Assembly (NCBI GenBank): GCA_041306185.1 | Contig: JBFZFV010000060.1 | Location: forward strand, 1-46,531 | Length of the DNA: 46,531 bases | Direction of reading: 5' to 3' | Origin: Candidatus Zixiibacteriota bacterium | Lineage (GTDB): Bacteria; Zixibacteria; MSB-5A5; GN15; PGXB01 | Part shown: in pieces, positions 19,685-27,453 of the stretch | Layout: every line of letters begins with the position of its first letter | Numbering within the stretch: the first letter of the stretch is position 1 | Notes under the pieces: generated by a model | The model's input: the letters and a program-made list of their open reading frames with translations, nothing else | The model's database searches: none | What the model was told of the DNA's origin: nothing | Made by a program: the position numbers and the translations under genes

Positions 19685-21567
19685 TGCGACAGCCAGATTT
19701 TGACATAATCGTTATCGGCGGAGGGCACGCTGGCGTAGAAGCGGCCCTGGCCGGGTCCCGCCTGGGAAAAAAAGTCGCCCTGGTGACTATGGACAAGAGC
19801 CGCCTGGCGCTGATGTCCTGCAATCCCTCCATAGGGGGCCTGGGGAAATCGCATATTGTGAAAGAGGTGGATGCCCTCGGGGGATTGATGGGAAAGGCCA
19901 CCGATGCCACCGGAATCCAGTTCCGAAGATTAAATCTGTCCCGTGGACCGGCAGTCTGGTCGACCCGGGCGCAGGCGGACCGGATCGGATACAACGAATA
20001 TGTCTGTAAGGCGGTCGAGGATGATCCCAATGTCGAGGTAATCGAAGCGACCGCCGGGGCGATTCTAACCGAGAACAATAAAATTACCGGGATCAAAACC
20101 GAAGAGGGCGAAAGTATCTCTTGCCGGGCCGTGATTGTCTGCACCGGAACTTTTCTCGGGGGGCTTATCCATATCGGAGATAAACAGATAAAAGCGGGCC
20201 GCCGAGGAGAAAAAGCGGCATACCAGCTGTCCGAATCATTCCTTTCACTCGGTTTCGAAGTCGGCCGGCTTAAAACGGGGACCCCTCCTCGGCTTGATGG
20301 CAGAACCATCGACTGGGCGCAATGCCAGATACAACCGGGCGAAGAACCGATTCCGTTTTTCTCTTATAAGACTCTTCCATATCATATTGAGCAAGTCCCG
20401 TGTCACCTTACTTACACTACCGATGAAACCAAGGCCATTATCCTGGCAAATCTGAAAAAATCGGCCATGTTTTCGGGACAGATAACATCAATCGGACCAA
20501 GATATTGCCCTTCGATTGAAGATAAAATCTTCCGTTTCAAGGATAAGCAGCGTCACCACATCTTTCTTGAGCCGGAAGGAAACGGTACCGATGAGATTTA
20601 TCCGAACGGCTTTTCGACCTCGCTTCCGGAAGATGTCCAGCTGGCCGCGGTAAGAACCATAACCGGTCTGGAAGAAGTGGTCATGACCAAGCCGGGTTAC
20701 GCCGTGGAATACGATTACTGCCCGGCCTACCAGATAAAAGCCTCGCTCGAGACCCGGCGGATAGCCGGATTATACTTCGCAGGGCAGTTGAACGGGACTT
20801 CCGGCTACGAAGAAGCGGCCGGGCAGGGGCTGATGGCCGGGATTAACGCTTCGCTCGCTATCGATAACGAACCGCCGCTGGTTCTGGACCGGGCCGAGAG
20901 TTATATCGGGGTGATGATCGACGATCTAATCACCCGGTCGACCACCGAACCGTACCGTATGTTTACTTCGCGGGCTGAATATCGCCTGGCGCTGCGGGAA
21001 GACAACGCCCGCGATCGTTTGTTCAAGTACGCGGAACGTTATGGCCTGATTGATAATAACGATATCGAAAGCTTCGCCCTTATGCAGAGGGAGACCGAAG
21101 CCGAGGTGTCACGCCTGCGGGATGTATTCATCCCTGTTGCCAAACTGGATGGCCTGGCGGAGAGATTCGTCAAGCGGGATGCCATTTCACTGGCGGAGCT
21201 GTTGAAAGTCCCCCGGGTCGGCTATGACCAGATAGAGCAATTTATCCCTAAAGGCGACGGTTTTTCGCATAACCCCGAAATCCGGGAGCGGGCGGCGGTG
21301 CAGATCCGCTACGAGGGATACATCGCCAAGCAGGAGCGGGAAGTGGCCAAGTTCCGAAGGCAAGAGGAAGAAATTATCCCCGGAAATATGGAATTCGCCT
21401 CGCTGACGGGGCTCCGCAACGAAGCTCGGGAGAAATTCACGAGGTTTCGCCCGACATCGCTGGGGCAGGCGGGGAGAATCGAAGGGGTGACGCGGGGGGA
21501 TCTGGCCGCTCTGGCCGTGCATATCAAAAAGTTTCGCACTCGTGAATTTCTATCGGCCGGAGAATGA
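19684..21567 (+). CDS. mnmG: tRNA uridine 5-carboxymethylaminomethyl modification enzyme MnmG (GidA).
   Basis: FAD-binding N-terminus (DIIVIGGGHAGVEAA), full length 627 aa, conserved position. Confidence 0.92.
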   Translation: MRQPDFDIIVIGGGHAGVEAALAGSRLGKKVALVTMDKSRLALMSCNPSIGGLGKSHIVKEVDALGGLMGKATDATGIQFRRLNLSRGPAVWSTRAQADRIGYNEYVCKAVEDDPNVEVIEATAGAILTENNKITGIKTEEGESISCRAVIVCTGTFLGGLIHIGDKQIKAGRRGEKAAYQLSESFLSLGFEVGRLKTGTPPRLDGRTIDWAQCQIQPGEEPIPFFSYKTLPYHIEQVPCHLTYTTDETKAIILANLKKSAMFSGQITSIGPRYCPSIEDKIFRFKDKQRHHIFLEPEGNGTDEIYPNGFSTSLPEDVQLAAVRTITGLEEVVMTKPGYAVEYDYCPAYQIKASLETRRIAGLYFAGQLNGTSGYEEAAGQGLMAGINASLAIDNEPPLVLDRAESYIGVMIDDLITRSTTEPYRMFTSRAEYRLALREDNARDRLFKYAERYGLIDNNDIESFALMQRETEAEVSRLRDVFIPVAKLDGLAERFVKRDAISLAELLKVPRVGYDQIEQFIPKGDGFSHNPEIRERAAVQIRYEGYIAKQEREVAKFRRQEEEIIPGNMEFASLTGLRNEAREKFTRFRPTSLGQAGRIEGVTRGDLAALAVHIKKFRTREFLSAGE

Positions 21568-22208
21568 TTCCGGTGGCCGAAAAACCCTCAAAAGATATTC
21601 CTTTATTCAGCAGTTCCAAGCTGCTATTGCAGTATCTGGACTTTCGAAAGCTCAATCATTACATCGACATGCTTGAAGAGGCAAACCGCCGGATCAATCT
21701 TGTTTCACGTGAAACATACCGGGATGACTTCTATCGTTTCACCGCCGACAGCCTTGTGCCTCTGGCTTTCGGGCATTCCCTGTCAGGGCGTTTTTTCGAT
21801 ATCGGGTCCGGTGGCGGTTTCCCTGCAATCCCTCTCCTTCTGGCCTCCCCGGCTTTGTTCGGGACCATGGTAGAGCGGACACAGAAAAAGGCGCGGTTTC
21901 TCGAGAGCGTTATCGCCTCTCTGCAGATCAATGCGGATGTAATTCCGCTGGATTTCACCGAGGCGGTGCGGACTTTCGACGGTCCGCCCTTTTCATTCGG
22001 GAGCATGAAATACGTCAGGCTCGATTCCCGAATCATGGCCGATGTTAAGAGGCTTTTGGTTTCGGGGGGGAAATTTTTTTATTTTTCCCGAATCGACCAG
22101 TCCTTTCCCAGGGAAATTACTTCAATTCCGCACGAAACGCTGGAATATTATCTCGATGGTACCGATGTAGTTCGCACTTTATCCGTATTTTCTTTCGGGA
22201 CCGCATAA
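21564..22208 (+). CDS. rsmG: 16S rRNA (guanine527-N7)-methyltransferase RsmG (GidB).
   Basis: SAM motif FDIGSGGGFPAIPL. ATGA overlap with the mnmG stop. Confidence 0.85.
   Translation: MIPVAEKPSKDIPLFSSSKLLLQYLDFRKLNHYIDMLEEANRRINLVSRETYRDDFYRFTADSLVPLAFGHSLSGRFFDIGSGGGFPAIPLLLASPALFGTMVERTQKKARFLESVIASLQINADVIPLDFTEAVRTFDGPPFSFGSMKYVRLDSRIMADVKRLLVSGGKFFYFSRIDQSFPREITSIPHETLEYYLDGTDVVRTLSVFSFGTA
21701..21716. promoter_or_regulatory. parS site, perfect 16-bp TGTTTCACGTGAAACA.
   Basis: Exact palindrome inside the rsmG coding sequence (encodes LVSRET). Confidence 0.8.
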
Positions 22209-22296
22209 GATTTTTATTGCCAATCCCTGCAAATTATAATAAGCTGCGTATTATTAAAATTTTAGACCGTTTTTTCCCGCGAGGACTTAAGTAAAA

Positions 22297-23055
22297 GTGG
22301 CAAAAATAATTGCAGTGGTCAATCAAAAGGGGGGCGTGGGTAAAACCACCACCGCGATCAATCTGTCGGCCTGCCTGGCCATGGCGGAACTGAATACTCT
22401 TTTGGTCGATTTCGATCCCCAGGCCAACACTACCTCCGGGGTCGGGTTCGACAAGGCGAAATTGGAGCATTCTGTCTATGATGTCCTGGTGGGGAGCAGG
22501 ACTTTCGCGGAAATCATTCTCGCCACCGACCTCGATCATCTGAAACTGGCGCCGTCGAACATTGCTCTGGTCGGGGCCGAGGTGGAGATGGTGCCGATTG
22601 CATCGCGCGAGCATATCCTGGCGCGGACGATTGCACCTATCGTGGACAAGTATGACTACATTATCATCGACTGCCCGCCGTCGCTGGGGCTTTTGACCCT
22701 CAACGCGCTCTGCGCCGCGAATTCGGTCCTCATACCGATCCAGTGCGAGTACTACGCGCTCGAGGGATTGAGCCAGCTTCTCAATACCATACAACTGGTG
22801 CAGAACAATCTCAACCCGTCGCTCGAAATCGAGGGGGTCCTGTTGACCATGTTCGACAGCAGGCTGAATCTGGCGCGCCAGGTGGCGGAAGAGGCTCGGA
22901 AATTTTTTAACGACCGGGTGTACAGCACGGTCATCAATCGCAATGTCCGGTTATCGGAGGCTCCCAGTTTCGGCAAGCCGATCATCATGTACGATATCTT
23001 GTCGACCGGAGCGGAAAATTATATGGCGCTGACCAAGGAGGTATTGAGCCGATGA
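22297..23055 (+). CDS. parA: Chromosome partitioning ATPase ParA/Soj.
   Basis: Deviant Walker A KGGVGKTT and typical ParA length and motifs. Confidence 0.92.
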   Translation: MAKIIAVVNQKGGVGKTTTAINLSACLAMAELNTLLVDFDPQANTTSGVGFDKAKLEHSVYDVLVGSRTFAEIILATDLDHLKLAPSNIALVGAEVEMVPIASREHILARTIAPIVDKYDYIIIDCPPSLGLLTLNALCAANSVLIPIQCEYYALEGLSQLLNTIQLVQNNLNPSLEIEGVLLTMFDSRLNLARQVAEEARKFFNDRVYSTVINRNVRLSEAPSFGKPIIMYDILSTGAENYMALTKEVLSR

Positions 23056-23906
23056 GCGGAAAGGTCGTGTTGGGGCGCGGACTGGAAGCCCTCATACCGA
23101 AAATAGAAAAGAAGGTCGAGGAAGGTACTTACGGTACAGTGCAAGAGATCGCGCTCGAGAAGATCGTGCCGAACCCGATGCAGCCGCGGAGGCAGTTCGA
23201 CGAAAAGGCGCTTGAGAGCATGGCCGAATCGGTCAAGAGCCAGGGGGTGCTGCAGCCGGTCCTCGTCCGTAAGAAAGATGACAAGTTCATTTTGATCGCC
23301 GGCGAAAGAAGATTCCGCGCGGCGAAACTGGCCGGGCTCAAAGCGGTCCCGGCGATTACCCTAGAACGCAAAGACGAAAGCGAAATGCTTCAGATGGCCC
23401 TGGTCGAAAATATCCAGCGGGAGGACCTCAATCCGATGGAGGAAGCCGAGGCTTACCGGCAGCTGGTCGACGAGGCGGGACTGACTCAGAACCGGATCGC
23501 CACCCAGGTCGGCAAAAGCCGCACCGCCATAGCCAATACCTTGCGGCTGTTGAATCTTCCGGACAAGATCAAGACTTTTATGAGGGAAGGAAAACTGACC
23601 GAGGGGCACGCCCGGGCGATTCTGGCCCTCGATAACGACCTGGCCCGGGTCCGCCTGGCCGAGAGGATCGTGGCCGAGAGTTTGTCGGTCCGGACCGCCG
23701 AAGATTCCGTGAAGAGGGTTAAGCGCCGCAAGCTTATTCCGAAAAAGAGAATACCGGCCATGGTCGATGCCGAGAATTATTTGAAGCAGCTTCTGGGGAC
23801 AGGTGTAAAAATATCGACCGGGTTGAAGAACGGAAAGATTGAAATCGAGTTTTACGGCGAGGAGGACCTCGATCGCATTCTCGATTTGTTCAGAAGGATT
23901 AGTTAG
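23052..23906 (+). CDS. parB: Chromosome partitioning protein ParB/Spo0J.
   Basis: ParB box GERRFRAA, HTH region and a C-terminal dimerisation domain. ATGA overlap with parA. Confidence 0.92.
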   Translation: MSGKVVLGRGLEALIPKIEKKVEEGTYGTVQEIALEKIVPNPMQPRRQFDEKALESMAESVKSQGVLQPVLVRKKDDKFILIAGERRFRAAKLAGLKAVPAITLERKDESEMLQMALVENIQREDLNPMEEAEAYRQLVDEAGLTQNRIATQVGKSRTAIANTLRLLNLPDKIKTFMREGKLTEGHARAILALDNDLARVRLAERIVAESLSVRTAEDSVKRVKRRKLIPKKRIPAMVDAENYLKQLLGTGVKISTGLKNGKIEIEFYGEEDLDRILDLFRRIS

Positions 23907-23912
23907 GCAGGT

Positions 23913-24707
23913 ATGCCGCAATCGAAATATTACAGCCTGCTTCTGGTTCCTGACGGGGTCGAAAACCCGCACGGGATTAAAATGCGGGCGTGGATGTTCA
24001 AAACCATCGTGGTTTTCTTTGCGCTATTGTTCGTGGGGTTGATCTTTTTCTTTTCATTTTACGGGAAAATCCTCGCGCGGGCCTCGATGGCTTCGGAATT
24101 GATTAAAGAGAACGAAGAGCTGAAACGGTACAAATATAAACTGACTCTGCTTGAAGAAAACATGAAGGAAACCCGCGAGCTGGTGTCGCGGATTTCGGCG
24201 CTGGCGGGAGTCGATTTTCAGATTCCGGAAATCCCGCCCGATTCCATCATTTTCGCGGAAATGGTTCAGACCAAACCGGCGGTTTTGGAACGATCTCTGG
24301 AGGTAAGCGTAAACATACCTGATGGTCTTCCGGTCGAAGGTTTCGTGACCCGGGGATTTTCGATCGAGCCGGATGACTATCATCCCGGAGTCGATATTGC
24401 CGGAGAAATCGGGACTACGATTCTGGCCACGGCCGGAGGGACGGTTTCTTTTGTGGGTGAAGACAGTGTCTATGGAAAGGTAGTGATAATCGATCATGAA
24501 AACGGGTTGTCGACCGTATACGGTCACAACAGCGAAATTCTGGTCGAGGTAGGACAGGAGGTTTTGGTCGGCAGCAGGGTGGCATTGCTGGGGAATTCGG
24601 GTAAATCGACCGCGCCTCATTTGCATTATGAATTAAGACAGGATGGAAAACCGGTAAACCCTTTAAACTTTATGTCGGAATATGAAGTACTCAGCAAACA
24701 AGAATGA
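23913..24707 (+). CDS. Membrane-anchored M23 (LytM-type) peptidase with a coiled-coil segment.
   Basis: N-terminal TM, coiled coil, and M23 catalytic motifs HPGVD (HxxxD) and HLHYELR (HxH). Confidence 0.85.
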   Translation: MPQSKYYSLLLVPDGVENPHGIKMRAWMFKTIVVFFALLFVGLIFFFSFYGKILARASMASELIKENEELKRYKYKLTLLEENMKETRELVSRISALAGVDFQIPEIPPDSIIFAEMVQTKPAVLERSLEVSVNIPDGLPVEGFVTRGFSIEPDDYHPGVDIAGEIGTTILATAGGTVSFVGEDSVYGKVVIIDHENGLSTVYGHNSEILVEVGQEVLVGSRVALLGNSGKSTAPHLHYELRQDGKPVNPLNFMSEYEVLSKQE

Positions 24708-24717
24708 CGGGGGCGTC

Positions 24718-25125
24718 ATGAATACCATTATCGGCAAGGATACCGTATTTACTGGGACATTCGACGTCAAGGGCGCGGTGCGTGTCGATGGGACGGTGAA
24801 AGGCAAAATAATCTGTACCGACACGGTAACGATCGGTTCGAGCGGTTATGTCGAGGCCGATATCGAAGCCTCGACGGTCGTCGTGGCCGGGAAAGTTGTC
24901 GGCAATCTTAATGCTTCGGAGCGCCTGGAACTCCAGGCTAAATCGGACGTAGAAGGAGACGTCAGGACCAAGTCGCTGGTAGTTGAGCAGGGAGCCAACT
25001 TCTGCGGCGGCTGCGCCATGAAGGAAGGCAAACATAACATGAAATTCCTTCCGCACGACGAGGAATCCGAAAAAGGGACAGCCCTTTTTGGCAAAGATAA
25101 AGAAGCCGAAGAAATTAAGAAATAG
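24718..25125 (+). CDS. Bactofilin (DUF583) cytoskeletal protein.
   Basis: Repeated G-x-V/I beta-helix windings (GTFDVKGAVRVDGTVKGKIICTDTVTIGSSGYVEADIEASTVVVAGKVVGNL...). Alternative in-frame start at 24682. Confidence 0.8.
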   Translation: MNTIIGKDTVFTGTFDVKGAVRVDGTVKGKIICTDTVTIGSSGYVEADIEASTVVVAGKVVGNLNASERLELQAKSDVEGDVRTKSLVVEQGANFCGGCAMKEGKHNMKFLPHDEESEKGTALFGKDKEAEEIKK

Positions 25126-25150
25126 TTAGCAGATTGCATTCCGGGTATTA

Positions 25151-25249
25151 TGTGGACAACTCCCCGATTTTGTGGAAAAGACCATAAGCATTTATCTTGT
25201 AATAATATAACGGGTATTATTTAAGAGAATATTCTTCGGTTTATCCACA
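25151..25249. promoter_or_regulatory. DnaA-box cluster in the AT-rich bactofilin-moxR spacer. Candidate oriC element or DnaA-regulated promoter.
   Basis: TTATCCACA is perfect at 25241-25249. TGTGGACAA (25151-25159) and TGTGGAAAA (25171-25179) are reverse-orientation 1-mismatch boxes. AT-rich flanks (aataatataa, tattatttaagagaatattc). Confidence 0.45.
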
Positions 25250-25363
25250 AGTTACTATCTACAATAAAGTTAGGGATTTATTAGGATTCTGACCGAATAG
25301 TCTTCAAACATAAGTCCGGTTTTCCCCAGGTGGATTCATAGGACGTTTCAGTAAGGATATCCG

Positions 25364-26362
25364 ATGTCTGTAAAAACCGACGACCTCCAAGCAGTAGAAC
25401 AACTTAATTCATCATACAATCATATCAAATCCGAAATCGCCAAGGTCATTGTCGGCCAGGATAAAGTAATCGAGCAATTATTAATTGCACTATTGTCCGC
25501 CGGACATTGCCTGCTGGTCGGGGTGCCGGGACTGGCGAAAACTCTGCTGATTTCCACGCTGGCGAACGTTCTTGATCTTAAATTCAATCGGATACAGTTC
25601 ACTCCCGATTTAATGCCATCCGACATTACCGGTACCGAAATTATCGAAGAAGACCGGTCGTCCGGTAAGCGGGCGTTCAAATTCGTTAAGGGGCCTGTAT
25701 TCGCGAATGTGATTCTCGCCGATGAAATTAACCGGACTCCGCCGAAAACACAGGCGGCATTGTTGCAGGCGATGCAGGAGCACGAAGTAACCGCGGCCGG
25801 AGAGACTTACACTCTGGAAGAACCCTTTTTCGTCCTGGCGACCCAGAACCCGATTGAGCAGGAAGGAACCTATCCTCTCCCCGAAGCCCAGCTCGACCGG
25901 TTCATGTTTAATATTTTTGTCGATTATCCTTCCGAAGCGGAGGAGCAGCAGATAGTCAAGAGCACCACCGTTATCCCCGAGCACAAGCTCGATAAGCTAT
26001 TGACCGGTAATAATATAATCGATTTCCAAAGGCTCGTTCGGCGGGTCCCGGTATCCGATCATTTGATTGGCTACGCCGTCGAACTGGCTCGGGCCACTCG
26101 TCCCGAAAACGGCTCACTTGATTTTATCAAGAACTGGGTTTCCTGGGGAGCGGGACCTCGCGCCTCGCAATACATGATCCTCGCGGCCAAGACCAGAGCG
26201 ATTCTGGATGGCCGGCCGACTCCGGGTCCTGAAGATGTCCGCTTTGCGGCTCTGCCGGTATTGCGTCACCGGATTGTGACTTCGTTCAACGCCGAGGCCG
26301 AAGGAATCGACACCCGCGCCATCGTGAACAAGTTATTGGAGACGGTAAAGCCGCGAGGCTGA
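25364..26362 (+). CDS. MoxR-family AAA+ ATPase.
   Basis: Walker A GVPGLAKT, Walker B VILADEINR and a MoxR-type C-terminus. Its usual DUF58 partner lies 6.5 kb downstream. Confidence 0.88.
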   Translation: MSVKTDDLQAVEQLNSSYNHIKSEIAKVIVGQDKVIEQLLIALLSAGHCLLVGVPGLAKTLLISTLANVLDLKFNRIQFTPDLMPSDITGTEIIEEDRSSGKRAFKFVKGPVFANVILADEINRTPPKTQAALLQAMQEHEVTAAGETYTLEEPFFVLATQNPIEQEGTYPLPEAQLDRFMFNIFVDYPSEAEEQQIVKSTTVIPEHKLDKLLTGNNIIDFQRLVRRVPVSDHLIGYAVELARATRPENGSLDFIKNWVSWGAGPRASQYMILAAKTRAILDGRPTPGPEDVRFAALPVLRHRIVTSFNAEAEGIDTRAIVNKLLETVKPRG

Positions 26363-26385
26363 GAATCTTTCGAATCGAATTTCAA

Positions 26386-26413
26386 GGCAGGCTTATCGCC
26401 TGCCTATTTTTTT
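26386..26413 (+). terminator. Rho-independent terminator after moxR.
   Basis: GGCAGGC-ttatc-GCCTGCC followed by tattttttt. Confidence 0.7.
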
Positions 26414-26561
26414 GTGCAATCAATACCTGGCTTATCCTGTTTGCTGGCATAAGATTGGATGGCATATAATGGATTTTTGAAGTGCATTTTCGTACGCGAT
26501 TTATTATAATCCATTCAAACTTGGGCGGATATAAAAATGAACCATAAACAGGAGGTTTTGT

Positions 26562-27275
26562 ATGGCTGAAGAACAGGTCGGCTGCGGAAGGCCTACCGGC
26601 TCCGTGGTGGGGGAACCCGCTGCAGATACCGCTGCCGAACAGAAACCGACCTCCGGAGAGGAGAAGCACATGGTAACGGCAAGGGTCGGGGCCAAGGCCC
26701 CCGATTTTGCGGCTCCCGCCTATCACCACGGGAAATTTATCAATGTCAAGCTCTCGGATTACCTCGGCAAATGGGTGATGATCTGCTTCTATCCGGGCGA
26801 TTTCACGTTTGTCTGACCGACCGAATTGTCGACGGTCGCCGGCAAGCTTGATGAATTTAAGGAACTCGGAGTCGAAATACTTTCGATTTCAACCGACAGT
26901 CAGTTCGTCCATAAAATCTGGGACGAAGAAGAACTCAAGAAAATGACCAAAGACGGCATCCTATGGCCGATGATTTCCGACGGATCCGGAGCAATCGGCA
27001 AGGTGTACGGAGTGTACGACGAGGCCGGAGGGATCGACGTGCGGGGAAGATTTTTGATCGACCCGGACGGAGTCATCCAGGCGATCGAAATCCTCACGCC
27101 GCCGGTTGGGCGGAAAGTGAGCGAATCGATTCGCCAGGTGAAAGCCTTCCAGCATGTCCGTAAGATGAAGGGGGCGGAAGCCTGTCCGGCCGGATGGGAA
27201 CCGGGCCTGCCGACTTTGAAACCGGGTCCGGACCTGGTGGGGAAAGTCTGGAAAGTCTGGAAACCGACGGAATAG
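26562..27275 (+). CDS. Selenocysteine-containing 2-Cys peroxiredoxin (AhpC/Prx1 family; PrxU-like). TGA at 26814-26816 is read as Sec.
   Basis: Translation FYPGDFTFV-[TGA]-PTELSTVAG matches the Prx active-site motif FYPLDFTFVCPTE, with TGA exactly at the peroxidatic Cys. The reading frame continues through the conserved core into a resolving Cys (EACPAGW). AGGAGG RBS before the ATG at 26562; an alternative start at 26670 gives [13 protein letters not shown]. The track splits this into 26562..26816 and 26826..27275, same frame. Confidence 0.75.
26818..26838 (+). promoter_or_regulatory. Candidate bacterial SECIS hairpin, 2 nt downstream of the in-frame UGA.
   Basis: CGACCG-aattgtcga-CGGTCG forms a 6-bp stem with a 9-nt loop, which is where bSECIS elements sit. 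Confidence 0.4.
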
Positions 27276-27313
27276 TCCTTAGCGAAATTCGTATTTTCGA
27301 CTACGTTATTATT

Positions 27314-27349
27314 ACGGCGTCAGGAATAAAGCCCTGCCGCCGTTTTTTT
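27314..27349 (+). terminator. Rho-independent terminator after the peroxiredoxin.
   Basis: GC-rich stem (acggcgtcagg...ccctgccgccg) followed by ttttttt. Confidence 0.6.
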
Positions 27350-27453
27350 GTGAATTCATCCTCGGTCAAACCCCCTTGCCAAAAATGGATAATTTGTTAT
27401 ATTTATTGGTCTCTTTATCAATTTAATTAGGCGAATTTGAGCGGGAGTAGATT

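Noticed and set aside
27243-27265. Tandem 9-bp repeat gaaagtctg x2 encoding KVWKVWK at the peroxiredoxin C-terminus.
   Set aside because: Short in-frame duplication of no obvious significance, probably a replication-slippage artefact within the coding sequence.
26562-27275. Track shows two adjacent ORFs (26562..26816 and 26826..27275), which could be read as a disrupted or pseudogenised peroxiredoxin.
   Set aside because: Both are in the same frame and separated only by a TGA that falls exactly on the conserved peroxidatic-Cys codon, with a hairpin immediately downstream. Selenocysteine recoding explains it better than a nonsense mutation.
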